From NCBI GenBank assembly GCA_963677485.1, contig OY781964.1, positions 224,001-288,000 of the forward strand: DNA of 64,000 bases, given 5' to 3'. Position 1 is the first letter of the stretch, and each line of letters opens with the position of its first letter. Shown in pieces: positions 21,431 through 31,475 of the stretch. The notes below the pieces were generated by a model. It saw nothing but the letters and a program-made list of their open reading frames with translations. It was not told the DNA's origin and did not search any database. The position numbers and the translations under genes are program-made. Source of the stretch: Armatimonadota bacterium. GTDB taxonomy: Bacteria; Armatimonadota; HRBIN16.

Positions 21431-22830
21431 ACTGTGGTCACCTCAAAACCGAGGTAGCGTGAGAGAGCCTCAAGCAACGCCACCTGCAGATGCCCCTGGG
21501 TCATGGCCACATGGTGCCGGTGCCCTTGGTATCCGATGGTGTAGAGGGTATTCTGCAGATCGGCTGTCTCCAACACGCCAGCGCATCCGAAGAAGTCCGC
21601 GGGTATCTTGTCGCCGGTAATTTTGCCTTCGCCTAGATACATTTTGACCTTGCCGTTCTCGGTCAAAAGTCCGCCATAAGTGACATCCATCGGCCTAATG
21701 CGTCCCACGTTGCATCCGTAAGAGCAGCCTGGGCCCACGGTGGTCAGCAGGATGGAGTGGTCAACCACCTCACCCTTGCTCACCATCATGCTCTGAGGAA
21801 CGGGGCCGCAATGGAACACGATGCACTTGTTCTCTTGGTCTTCGTAGTTGTTGTTCCAGTCCAACAAGGTCGCCGGTGAAGCGCTGGCTTGCTGCAGAGC
21901 GTACATCGCCACGGCGTTCGCTACGTCGGTTTCGCAGGCGGCCACGACGCCGCGGTCGTTCATTTCGCTCAACAGCACGCAGGGGCTGATACCCAGCTCC
22001 TTCTGCAGCTCGATCCAGCAGCGAACTGCGATGGCTTGCAGCTCACCTTCCGCTACGATCTGGTCAAATACGACAGCCAGACGGGCGATGTTTTCGAAGT
22101 TTTGGGCGGGCACATTCTTGAAGCCGGTGTAGTTTTTCAAAGTGGTCAGTTTCGCTGCCAGAGCGGCATCATCGGCTGCCAGTGCTTTGGTGCGGGCGAT
22201 GACTTCCGACATGTCGAAGGTCTCCACAGTCACGCCGTGGCGCTCCAATGTGAGTTCGTCGGTGCGCACCGTCTTGAATGGAGAGGTGCGGGCACCAACC
22301 ATGCCCACGCGCATCCCCTTCACGGAGCCAACCACACGGCAGACCGCTGCAAAATCGGCCAGTTGCCGCGCAAACACCTCACCCGATGGGTGCGAGGTGT
22401 GCGGCTTGAAGGTTGTAAATGCAATCTGGTGCTGGAAAAACACGTCCATGATGCTGAACTTACCGCAGAAGGAGTCACGGCGCAGCTCAGGGCTCATCTT
22501 GTCCAGTTCGTCTGGATAGGCCTGCAGCAGGATCGGCACACCGGCATTCTTCAGAGCAGCCACCGCGCCGTTCTCGTCGCCGAAGTTGGGCAGGCTGAGG
22601 ATCACGCCCTGGTACTCGCCACGGTGCGAGGCCAGCCAGGCGGCGTAGACATCGCCCTCCTGCTTGGTCTCGACAGCGCCGTAACGGGTCGCGGCTTCGT
22701 CCATGATCAGCACATTGTGCCCCTGCTTCTCCACGGCCTCGACCAGCTCCTTGCGTGCACTGGCGATCAGGCTGGCTGGAAAGAATCCACGGTTACCAAA
22801 ATACAGGGCAAAAGTCAGTTTGCGGTTCAT
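21427..22830 (-). CDS. L-fucose/L-arabinose isomerase family protein
   Basis: NFGDE, RRDSFCGK, ACETD, FHCG and GHRHH motifs; overlaps the kinase start by 4 nt. Confidence 0.85.
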   Translation of the reverse strand: MNRKLTFALYFGNRGFFPASLIASARKELVEAVEKQGHNVLIMDEAATRYGAVETKQEGDVYAAWLASHRGEYQGVILSLPNFGDENGAVAALKNAGVPILLQAYPDELDKMSPELRRDSFCGKFSIMDVFFQHQIAFTTFKPHTSHPSGEVFARQLADFAAVCRVVGSVKGMRVGMVGARTSPFKTVRTDELTLERHGVTVETFDMSEVIARTKALAADDAALAAKLTTLKNYTGFKNVPAQNFENIARLAVVFDQIVAEGELQAIAVRCWIELQKELGISPCVLLSEMNDRGVVAACETDVANAVAMYALQQASASPATLLDWNNNYEDQENKCIVFHCGPVPQSMMVSKGEVVDHSILLTTVGPGCSYGCNVGRIRPMDVTYGGLLTENGKVKMYLGEGKITGDKIPADFFGCAGVLETADLQNTLYTIGYQGHRHHVAMTQGHLQVALLEALSRYLGFEVTTV

Positions 22831-22876
22831 CGGTCATCCACCTCGTTGGGTTATAGTCGTCGGAATTCAGAGTTGT

Positions 22877-23881
22877 TCAGCGGTACCACAGGGTCAGATA
22901 GCTCTTCACTATCTTCTTCATCTCTTCGAAAACCAGTTGCTGCCGGTAGCTGGTGGTGAAGTAGCCGAGATTGGATTTACTCTGCACATCGGCATTCGCT
23001 CCCAGCAGACCTTCGGCTTGCAGGCGTTTCGCAGCTTCGGCACCCGCCACCTTGGCGGCGTTGCGGCACATATCTTCCAGCAGCGCAGGGCAGCTATCGC
23101 GCTCTAGTGCGGTCCAGATGTTCACCTTGCACACACCATCCGACATCAGGTTCGCGACTTGACTGGGTGGCACAGAGGAGCAACCGTGCAGAACCAACCG
23201 AGGACCCACTTTGCCCGAAATCTCGCGGGCCAAGTCACCGTGGTAGGTCAGCTCGGTGTTGCTGGCCCGGTGCTCGGTGCCCAGGTTCACCACCAAAAAG
23301 TCGCAGCCAGTCATCGCGTGGTAGCGTGCTGCATCTTCCGGTGAGGTCAATCGGCAGGCACCCTCGCCGCCCGCGTCAGCAACTTCATCGCAGGCGCCCT
23401 CAATCACAATCTCGTGACCATGCTGCTTTACGAACTTCGCGGTGAGTGCGGCATTTTCGTCCAGCGGCAGTGCCGAGGCATCATACATGATGGAGCTGAA
23501 CGGCACCATATCCCAGCCCAGCAGCTCGATGTCGTCATTGTATTGCACATGGTCCAGGTGCGACATCACATTCAGATGGCTGTAAGGGGAATCCTCACCC
23601 GACAGCACCTGTAGATCAGCTAGGAACAGTTTAAGCCCCATCCGCCAGTTGCGGGTGTGCGTGTAGTGCGTGGTTTGGGAGCGGTGGCTGTATAGATTCG
23701 TGATCGCCACGGTGATCGGCAGGTTGGGCTGACCAATCTCTTTTCCATACTCATCGGTTGCCGCCAGGATCGCCTCCATGGTGGTGAGATTCTCCGCACA
23801 GAATGTGGGCACGACCCAGCCTTTCGCGGCGGCATCTGCGTAGATGCCCATCACGGCATCGCGTTTGTATACTAATGGCAT
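22877..23881 (-). CDS. Class II fructose/tagatose-bisphosphate aldolase family
   Basis: HLDH, SIMYDAS, GTEH, LVLHG and KVNIWT motifs. Confidence 0.88.
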   Translation of the reverse strand: MPLVYKRDAVMGIYADAAAKGWVVPTFCAENLTTMEAILAATDEYGKEIGQPNLPITVAITNLYSHRSQTTHYTHTRNWRMGLKLFLADLQVLSGEDSPYSHLNVMSHLDHVQYNDDIELLGWDMVPFSSIMYDASALPLDENAALTAKFVKQHGHEIVIEGACDEVADAGGEGACRLTSPEDAARYHAMTGCDFLVVNLGTEHRASNTELTYHGDLAREISGKVGPRLVLHGCSSVPPSQVANLMSDGVCKVNIWTALERDSCPALLEDMCRNAAKVAGAEAAKRLQAEGLLGANADVQSKSNLGYFTTSYRQQLVFEEMKKIVKSYLTLWYR

Positions 23882-23963
23882 ATTTCACCTCAGATTTTTT
23901 GCTTTATACCCATACTATTGCACGAATCGCTCTCAATTCGCACATCTTATTACGCAATGTGCG

Positions 23964-24002
23964 TGGACTTTCTTGCAATGCCAGTGGGGCATTGACCATA
24001 AT
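23964..24002 (+). promoter_or_regulatory. Promoter of PocR-AraC regulator 1
   Basis: TGGACTTTCTTGCAA-N18-CATAAT, conserved at 30495-30532. Confidence 0.6.
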
Positions 24003-24020
24003 GTAATACGGAGGATGCTC

Positions 24021-24878
24021 ATGTCATACCAACTGCGCGTGATCTTGGGGCCGGAGGTTCAGCGGGTATTTGATCACTTCAGTGCCTGCTTTAATATCCG
24101 CATCCTTTTCTTTGATGCAAATGGTCAGATGCTGAGCGTCGGGCAGAACCGGCCGGACTCGGTCTACTGCCGTTTGATGCGCCGGCACCTCTACGGTAAA
24201 CAGACCTGCTTCGCGCAGGATGAAGCGAAACGGCAGGAATCCGCCTCCACGCACAGTCTGGTCTGCTACCAGTGTCACGCAGGGCTCATGGAGGCGATCA
24301 TCCCGATCTACCATCAGCAGCAGTTACTCGGCACCGTGTTCATCGGCCAGTTTCGAAGCAGTGAGCAGATATCGCCGTGGGTAAAACGCGATGCCTGTGC
24401 CAGCGATGTGCTGAGCTCCGTAGAAGCCGCTTTCCATGAGCTGCCCTACGTGCCGCAAGAGCGTATCGACCACATTCTGGGTCTGTTCAACATCCTCGTG
24501 GAGTACATCATTGCTCAACGCATGATCAGCATGGGGCCAGACAACCTGGTGGGCAAGTTGGTGGCACTGATGGAGCAGCGGATATCGGGCTCTTTTACGC
24601 TGCAGCAAGCCGCCTCGGCCGTGGGAAAAAGCCCCTCCAGCGTCTCCCATCTGTTTAAAAAACACTTCGGTCAGTCCTTCAAGCAGGCTTTTTTGGAGAT
24701 GAAGTTGGCCCACGCGGACGAGATGCTGCACGGCCAGCATATGACCTCCATCACTCAGGTGGCGGAAGCGATAGGATACGATGACCCCCAATACTTCAGC
24801 CGGTTATACAAAAAGCACCGCGGCACCACGCCCAGCATGTCCAGACCAGCCGCTAAGGACGCAGAGTCGGTAGCTTAA
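24021..24878 (+). CDS. AraC-family regulator with PocR ligand-binding domain
   Basis: YC..CHAGLMEAIIPI..GQFR (PocR), [14 protein letters not shown] (AraC HTH); GGAGG RBS (start 24015 or 24021). Confidence 0.9.
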   Translation: MSYQLRVILGPEVQRVFDHFSACFNIRILFFDANGQMLSVGQNRPDSVYCRLMRRHLYGKQTCFAQDEAKRQESASTHSLVCYQCHAGLMEAIIPIYHQQQLLGTVFIGQFRSSEQISPWVKRDACASDVLSSVEAAFHELPYVPQERIDHILGLFNILVEYIIAQRMISMGPDNLVGKLVALMEQRISGSFTLQQAASAVGKSPSSVSHLFKKHFGQSFKQAFLEMKLAHADEMLHGQHMTSITQVAEAIGYDDPQYFSRLYKKHRGTTPSMSRPAAKDAESVA

Positions 24879-25067
24879 TCGCCCGACGGAACGGTCCAAT
24901 CCGTCGCATCTGTCGGATTCTTCCCAGTCAAACGATCGGAGTAGGCACCCGCCCCGGACATTGGCAACACTGGCTTGCAGATCACAGACCACAAATGTAA
25001 GGTGCACCTATTTATCCAGAATACCTTTACAAATCCACAGGTCTGTGATATATCTCTATAAACCAAC

Positions 25068-25100
25068 AAAGAGCCTTCCGTCACTGACGGAAGGCTCTTT
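25068..25100. terminator. Bidirectional terminator
   Basis: aaagagccttccgtca-c-tgacggaaggctcttt between convergent genes. Confidence 0.8.
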
Positions 25101-25117
25101 GCGTAGGATCAGCTTGC

Positions 25118-26350
25118 TTAGTTCAGCCTATGGTCCGAAGACCCAACCCCCACGATCGTCCACTTGCCCTTTTTGGGGACCATTGTGTAGGTGACATATG
25201 CCACCTTGTAATGTTGGTCAGCATCATAAAACTGCTGCTTGGCATATGCGGTGTAAGCCCCATCCGACCTTTTGGCTACTTTATATGGCGCAAACATGAT
25301 CGTACCTGTGTTCCGCATCGCATCTGCAGTCATATCGCGGTAGTCATTACCGGGCATCGAATAAGCATATTTGCCGTCGATGTAGACCGCCACTCTTTCT
25401 GTTGGGGTGATATGCCGCGTAATCGGGATGCCGTTGTCATTTAGCCACGAGCTAAATATGTCGGTTAGCGCTGAGTTAAGGCTCGAATATTGGTCGTTGC
25501 GTTGGTAGCTGCTGTCATAGTATCTGTAGTCGGGTACCGGATAGTATACATAAACTGGCTGCCTCACGATGACAACCCGTTCCGCATTGATGAACAGCAG
25601 CCCATGTGTGTAGTATGGCGCGTTGAAGTGTCGGTACTTCGGCTTGCCGAATGCCCAGCCTCCGTATTTGAACCCTTTTTTGTTACCATAGCCGTCATAG
25701 TAATAATAACCAGTCTGGTAGCGTGGTTTGTGCCACTTCGTGACATACACGGGATTGACCTGTGCTCTCGTGCCCCAGCCCTGCAGAGATTCGCCACGCT
25801 TTGCGCGCTGGTAAGCGGCCATTCCAGACTTGCTGGTAGGTCGTGATTGCTTGCCTGGTCGACTGAGCACGGCATTACCAGTAGCCTTCATGTCCGGGCG
25901 GCCTTGCTGATGAACGCTGGTCTTACCAGACGGCTTCGCAATATTCGTTCGGCCCTTCTGCTGGACACTAGTCTTGCCAGACGACTTCGCAGTATTCTTG
26001 CGGCCTTGTTGGATGCTCGTCTTGCTGGACGATTTCGCAGTATTCCTGCGGCCTTGTTGGACGCTCGTCTTGCCAGACGACTTCGCGGTACTCCGGCGGT
26101 CTTGCTGGACACTCGTCTTGCCAGATGACTTCGCAGTATTCCTGCGGCCTTGCTGGACACTCGTCTTGCCAGATGATTTCGCGGTATTCCGGCGGTCTTG
26201 CTGGACGCTGGTTTTGCCAGACGACTTCGCATCGTCTCCGCCCGATTTGTCTCCACGAGCCATACCCGTCGCTACAACGAACAACACACACATAGAAACT
26301 GCGAACGCAGTCACTAGCAGTGATATCTTCGATTTCATTGTCTTAGGCAT
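25118..26350 (-). CDS. Secreted basic repeat protein with a Tyr-rich segment and an NTF2-like C-terminal domain
   Basis: Signal/TM segment, seven AKSSGKTSVQQ repeats, globular C-terminus; fold call is tentative. Confidence 0.7.
   Translation of the reverse strand: MPKTMKSKISLLVTAFAVSMCVLFVVATGMARGDKSGGDDAKSSGKTSVQQDRRNTAKSSGKTSVQQGRRNTAKSSGKTSVQQDRRSTAKSSGKTSVQQGRRNTAKSSSKTSIQQGRKNTAKSSGKTSVQQKGRTNIAKPSGKTSVHQQGRPDMKATGNAVLSRPGKQSRPTSKSGMAAYQRAKRGESLQGWGTRAQVNPVYVTKWHKPRYQTGYYYYDGYGNKKGFKYGGWAFGKPKYRHFNAPYYTHGLLFINAERVVIVRQPVYVYYPVPDYRYYDSSYQRNDQYSSLNSALTDIFSSWLNDNGIPITRHITPTERVAVYIDGKYAYSMPGNDYRDMTADAMRNTGTIMFAPYKVAKRSDGAYTAYAKQQFYDADQHYKVAYVTYTMVPKKGKWTIVGVGSSDHRLN
25895..26232 (-). repeat. 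Coding tandem repeat, about 7 x 48 bp
   Basis: AKSSGKTSVQQ(D/G)RRNT units, the last two degenerate. Confidence 0.9.
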
Positions 26351-27255
26351 TGATTACACCTCGTTCTCCCGTCTCCATATGCTGGATTCGGTGTTGCATG
26401 ATACCGCTGGTAATATAAGACGCTGCTGTATGTAGCGTTTCCGAGCTTCAAGCGGAGTAATATAGCCCGTCTTCCTCATTTGCTATGAACGTTTCCGATG
26501 GTATCTCAGATCAAGCACAGCATCACATAGTCCAGCATGGGATATGAAAGACGTGCCCAAAACCGACTTTCAATCTGAACGTTCTTTTGAACATTCGACA
26601 GTCTCATCGGTATGGAACTCTAGCGCGACCCCGAAGACACTTCACCTCACGTCTATATGACTGACTCATTTTGCTAAGATGCTGTCTCGCCCATTTGACC
26701 GCTTCTATCAACCCCCATGATGTTTGGTTCGGACACCACGGCATTGACATAGATTCAAAAGGGTGCAACTTCAAAAACTGCAGGTCAGGATTGGGGCCGC
26801 TTGTCGCGGCAGTATCACGAAGGCTGTACCGATAGTGGATTCATCTTCGCCAGTGTGACCTGACCGAACCGTCTGTCTACAGCCAACCTATTTCGTGTGT
26901 GACCAAAGTATACCCTTTTAACTAAGTGATAATGTTGATATATATTGTCGTAATACCTGTATATACCACCTGTTTTGGGATTTAGGTGCTGTCAATAGAG
27001 GGGGGTTCTTGTCATGATCAGGAATGTATCGACCGATTCAGCCGCCAAACAGTATCATGAGGTTGCTGTTCATCTTTAAACTCACCGCGGTTTCGAGCGT
27101 GTGATTTAGAGGAGATATAAGGGTCTGGCGGGGGCAGTTGAAACAGTGATCACGTGGAGTTCGCCATTTCGCAGATCTTTTTCCATTAATCACCACGCTG
27201 TATGATCTCAAGGATGATCCTGCGGGTACTATCGTGCAATGAATAAAGGCATATG

Positions 27256-27283
27256 AAAACGGCCCGGATAACCGGACCGTTTT
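27256..27283 (-). terminator. Terminator of the prepilin-GRE operon
   Basis: aaaacggtccgg-ttat-ccgggccgtttt on the minus strand. Confidence 0.75.
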
Positions 27284-27327
27284 GTATCGAATCGAATGAA
27301 CGAATACCATCAACCGAACGAGGCTCT

Positions 27328-29538
27328 CTAAACCACCTGTTGGGTACGGTTGATGATCATGTCCTGCCACTGTTTATTCAACGTGGCAAAGCGTGCGCTC
27401 CATCCAGCAACACGCACGGACAGGTTGGGATACTTCTCAGGATGCTTTTGGGCGTCCATCAACACCACGGAGTCGACCACATCGATATGCAGGAAACAAC
27501 CACCCATCTTCATGAAGCCCTTTAACAAGCCGACCATGGTTTGGATGCCCTTGTCGCCTTTCACCGAAGATGGCATGACCTTCAGCTCAAACGCACCGAT
27601 ACCGGGCAGGTTCGTGAAGTCCATCTTGCAATAGCTGCACAACGCCGCCGTGGGGCCGTATTTGTCGCTGCCAGGAGACGGCGAGAAGTTGGTTGCCAAA
27701 ATGTCGCCAGCATGGTGACCATCGGCAGTGGCCTTGCGGACAGGGCTCCACTCCAGTTCACGACCAAAAGTGCTGATACCCGCTGGACGGAACACACCTT
27801 TACGGAATTTCGTTTCAGCCACCAACGTGGTAAAGCTGTTGTAAACACGCTCTGCCATGGCGTCAGCCTGGTCGTTGTCATTCCCGTAGGTAGGCACTCG
27901 GCTGGCCAGCAGCCGTCTGAGGCTCTCGTTATCTCGCCAGTCGCTGCGGATGGCCGTTACCAAGTCGTCCCAGCTCACCAGTTTGGTGTCGAAAACCGCC
28001 TGTTTGATCGCCATCAGGCTGTTGGCGGTATCCGCCATTCCGCCGGCATGGCAGGCTAACTGGTAGTATTTCGCCCCGCGGTCGTTATAGTCGGCTGCGT
28101 TCTCGATACAACCTTCCACGAACAGCGAAGGAACCGTAGCGGGACCGCCTCCCACCATCCAGCCATCTGCGATCTCGTGATACCATTTCACGTGGGTGGC
28201 CAGACGCTGTTCAAACGCGGTATATAGTTGATCGAAGTCAGCATATTTCGGTATGGGGTTGGAAGCACTCTGCACGCCCATCACCTCTTGGAGTAGCTGC
28301 AAGGTGTCAAACGGCATATAGGTAAACGCCGTTTTACCAGGAACCAGCACTTCCCAGCATCCGTCATTGGTGAAGTTGCGCGCCTCTTCCAAGGGATATC
28401 CCAACTTCGTCATCGCCTCAATGACCACAGGCTCATTGTAGGTGGCGATAATACCTCCACCCAGCCGCTGAACCTCTGCGATGCGCTTCAGCAACAGCTC
28501 GGGTGATTTTGGGCTCAGACGCACTGCAATTGGGAAGTCACTCATGCGAAGCTCTTCCACCACATCCAGCACGAGGTATGTGACTGGATTGGTGACCTCA
28601 ACACCCTTCTCGTCGATCCCGCCGAGTATGATGTTCTGGTAGAACTGCGCATCGCCGCTGCCAGGCCCCACTGGTTTTGTCCACTCCGCGCCCATTAGCC
28701 AGAAGTGCGCCACCAGCTCGCGGGCCTCGTTCAGGCTGATCTTGCCTGCAGCGAGGTCTTTGGCAAGCAGCGGTCCCAGCATCTTGTCGATGCGTCCGAT
28801 ACCGCTCCAGTTGCCGCACAGCCGGGTCCACGCCCAGGTCAGATGCAATGCCAGCACGCCCTCAAAGAAGGTGGTGGGTGCATGTTCCGGCACCCGCTTC
28901 ATGGCTTCCGCGATCTGGGTGGCCCCTTTGGATGCTGCCAACTCCATATTGCGTTTGTGCCATGCACCATATGCATCGAGACAGATGCGCATTGACTCTA
29001 AATAGTCGCGTTGTTTTGTGCTAAGATTGGTATCTTTGAGGCGCGACATGAGTTTCGCTCGTACGCCGCCCATGCCAGTCCGTAGTGCCTGTTCGTAACC
29101 GAATGTCGTATGGCTCACACTCGACTGGTTGTATAGCGGAACTTGATGCCCGGCAGCTTCGATCACGGTGGCACTGCCGATGAGTCTCATACCCGGTTCA
29201 AATCGCAGCGGAGCATTCTCTGAGATCAGCCGTACGCTCTGGGCATACTTCATATACTCGCTCATGCCCGTGACATCGACTTTGTCTTCCAGCTTAAAGG
29301 GAAGCGATACCATCTCACGCCCCCACTCACCCATCACCGCTTTGGTGGCGAGGCAGATGGTGGCATCACACAGGCGCATCTTGTGGGGTAGAGTGCAGAC
29401 TTGGTTGTTGTTATCAGCCAGACTTGGTGGTGTTATTTTGGCCGTAGAGCTCTCTTTAGCTGAAGTCATTTGTGCGGCACCGATCATACCAGCTCCGATA
29501 GCGGTTGCACCAGATAATAGAAACTTGCGTCGATCCAT
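27328..29538 (-). CDS. Glycyl radical enzyme (PFL superfamily) with a twin-arginine signal peptide
   Basis: MDRRKFLLSG.. Tat motif; GIGRID; Cys loop NDGCWE; Gly loop VRVAGWS; GGAGG RBS. Confidence 0.88.
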   Translation of the reverse strand: MDRRKFLLSGATAIGAGMIGAAQMTSAKESSTAKITPPSLADNNNQVCTLPHKMRLCDATICLATKAVMGEWGREMVSLPFKLEDKVDVTGMSEYMKYAQSVRLISENAPLRFEPGMRLIGSATVIEAAGHQVPLYNQSSVSHTTFGYEQALRTGMGGVRAKLMSRLKDTNLSTKQRDYLESMRICLDAYGAWHKRNMELAASKGATQIAEAMKRVPEHAPTTFFEGVLALHLTWAWTRLCGNWSGIGRIDKMLGPLLAKDLAAGKISLNEARELVAHFWLMGAEWTKPVGPGSGDAQFYQNIILGGIDEKGVEVTNPVTYLVLDVVEELRMSDFPIAVRLSPKSPELLLKRIAEVQRLGGGIIATYNEPVVIEAMTKLGYPLEEARNFTNDGCWEVLVPGKTAFTYMPFDTLQLLQEVMGVQSASNPIPKYADFDQLYTAFEQRLATHVKWYHEIADGWMVGGGPATVPSLFVEGCIENAADYNDRGAKYYQLACHAGGMADTANSLMAIKQAVFDTKLVSWDDLVTAIRSDWRDNESLRRLLASRVPTYGNDNDQADAMAERVYNSFTTLVAETKFRKGVFRPAGISTFGRELEWSPVRKATADGHHAGDILATNFSPSPGSDKYGPTAALCSYCKMDFTNLPGIGAFELKVMPSSVKGDKGIQTMVGLLKGFMKMGGCFLHIDVVDSVVLMDAQKHPEKYPNLSVRVAGWSARFATLNKQWQDMIINRTQQVV

Positions 29539-29619
29539 ATAAGCCTCCCATCATTGAATAGTAAGGGTGTAGTATCACTGGCTCCACATGGGCATACCAT
29601 GTGGAGCCATGTGAACAGG

Positions 29620-30396
29620 CTAGTTGGTGCAGCCTGGCATCACCCAGCCGTCTGGTCGTGCTCCGAAATTCCAAGCTTCCCAGTTACAGGTCAGTGCAGA
29701 CATCTTCTTGTGCCCTGCATGGCCATCGATGTATGAGATGTTGATACCCTCAGTGTGGCGATAGCTCACAATTCCGTTATTCAATCCAATCAGGGTCAGC
29801 TTACCGTCTGTTTTGGAGACAGCATTCCAGCCGTCCCAAGTGCTGCAAAAGTGTGTGTAGAATGTGTCGCTACCTTCAAGCACAGCGATTGTTTGAGTGG
29901 GACTATCAGCGTCATTCTCGCTGACAGGATAGCTGTATTTGCCATTGTATGATGCGTTGGTGCCCTCAGGCCAATGCCAGCCTGGGGTTTCATTCATGGC
30001 GTATGTGGTAGTCATCAAGGAGCCAGGGTAACCGCCAAGATTGGCGATGTACCAATCCACTATCCATTGGGTTTTCGATCTGTCTCTCACTGACGGACAA
30101 ACAAAGATCGATCGTGATTTGGTGTATGGCAGTATTTTGTTACCCCAACTCACGTTATCAATCTTGCCGTCACCTGTGACATCCTGTGACCAATCGTACA
30201 CGCTGACGCAGCTGCCATCGCAATCATCGGCGTAAAGTTTCATAGCCAAACCAATCTGTTTCATGTTGCTTAAACATGCACTCTGTTTGGCCTTCTCACG
30301 TGCTTGAGCGAATACAGGGAATAAGATGGCGGCCAAGATCGCGATGATCGCGATCACCACCAGCAGTTCAATTAGTGTGAACCCGTTGCGCTTCAT
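29620..30396 (-). CDS. Prepilin-type N-methylation / DUF1559 / H-X9-DG protein
   Basis: MKRNG|[52 protein letters not shown]; AGGAG RBS. Confidence 0.93.
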   Translation of the reverse strand: MKRNGFTLIELLVVIAIIAILAAILFPVFAQAREKAKQSACLSNMKQIGLAMKLYADDCDGSCVSVYDWSQDVTGDGKIDNVSWGNKILPYTKSRSIFVCPSVRDRSKTQWIVDWYIANLGGYPGSLMTTTYAMNETPGWHWPEGTNASYNGKYSYPVSENDADSPTQTIAVLEGSDTFYTHFCSTWDGWNAVSKTDGKLTLIGLNNGIVSYRHTEGINISYIDGHAGHKKMSALTCNWEAWNFGARPDGWVMPGCTN

Positions 30397-30553
30397 TGAT
30401 ATCTCCTGTTGCCGGTATATAGGAAGTAGACCAGCGTATATAATACATTTGCCCCATATAAAGACAAATTGACATAAACAAACTGTGCTAACCATGGAGT
30501 TTCTTGCAAGGATGCAAGGTATTACGCATAATATAAAGCAGGAGATTTCACAA

Positions 30554-31402
30554 ATGCCATATAATTTGCGAGTCATTCTGGGGCCTGAGGTTCAAAGTAT
30601 CTTTGACAATTTCAGTGCCTGCTTTAACATCCGAATCCAGTTTTTCGATTACACTGGGCAGATTCTCAGCGTCGGCCAGAACCGTCCTGAAGAGGTTTAT
30701 TGCCGACTAGTACAGCGGCAACTCTACGGCAAACAGGCATGCACTGATCAAGTGCATACAGCATGTGCCAAAGCCATCAACACGCGCTCGCTTGTCTGTT
30801 ACAAATGCCACGCCGGGTTGGCAGAGGCGATCATCCCGATTTTTCACAACGACCAGTTACTAGGTAAAGTGTTTATCGGTCAGTTCCGCAGTATCGAAAA
30901 GATTCCCGCCAAGGTGCTTGCTGATGCGGAAGAGCGTGGTCTGGGTAGTTCGTTACAGGTCGCTTTTGACGAGTTGCCATATGTACCGCAAGAACGCATG
31001 GACCACATTCTTGGAATACTCAGTACTCTCGTGGGTTACATCATCACACAGCGCATGGTCAGTTTTGAACTCGACAGCGTCGTGCAACAGCTGGTCAACC
31101 TGTTGGATGAGAACATTGCTAGCTCACTGACTCTTCAAGATGCCGCCGAAGCGGTGGGCAAAAGCCCCTCCAGCGTATCTCATCTGTTCCGCAAGCAGTT
31201 TGGGCAGTCGTTCAAGCAGGCGTTCCTGAGCTTCAAGTTGGCCCATGCCGATGTGTTGTTAAAGACCCAATCTGAGATGACGATTAAGCAAATTGCCGAA
31301 GCAGTTGGCTACGATGACCCACTGTATTTCAGTCGGTTGTATAAGAAATACCGCGGGATCACCCCCAGTGCCATTCGGACAGAGGAAGCACCCATCCTTT
31401 AA
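30554..31402 (+). CDS. AraC-family regulator with PocR domain (paralog of 24021..24878)
   Basis: Highly similar sequence: [38 protein letters not shown]. Confidence 0.9.
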   Translation: MPYNLRVILGPEVQSIFDNFSACFNIRIQFFDYTGQILSVGQNRPEEVYCRLVQRQLYGKQACTDQVHTACAKAINTRSLVCYKCHAGLAEAIIPIFHNDQLLGKVFIGQFRSIEKIPAKVLADAEERGLGSSLQVAFDELPYVPQERMDHILGILSTLVGYIITQRMVSFELDSVVQQLVNLLDENIASSLTLQDAAEAVGKSPSSVSHLFRKQFGQSFKQAFLSFKLAHADVLLKTQSEMTIKQIAEAVGYDDPLYFSRLYKKYRGITPSAIRTEEAPIL

Positions 31403-31475
31403 GCTAAATATACAGGTACTATAATAGGTAACGCAGTGCGATCAACATCAATGTCGCCTGCAGACAGCCAAAGAG

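Noticed and set aside
20573-22959. Long plus-strand ORFs of 266 and 356 aa, and similar shadow ORFs elsewhere (e.g. 2039..2791, 43664..44446)
   Set aside because: Antisense shadows of well-supported genes in GC-rich DNA, with no recognisable motifs.
25895-26232. Possible CRISPR array
   Set aside because: Head-to-tail in-frame coding repeats with no unique spacers and no cas genes.
30397-30576. N-terminal extensions in the ORF track (prepilin, both AraC genes, argF, gatC, IPT protein, SBP fusion)
   Set aside because: Better starts with an RBS and family-typical N-termini lie downstream, and the extensions overlap promoters or repeats.
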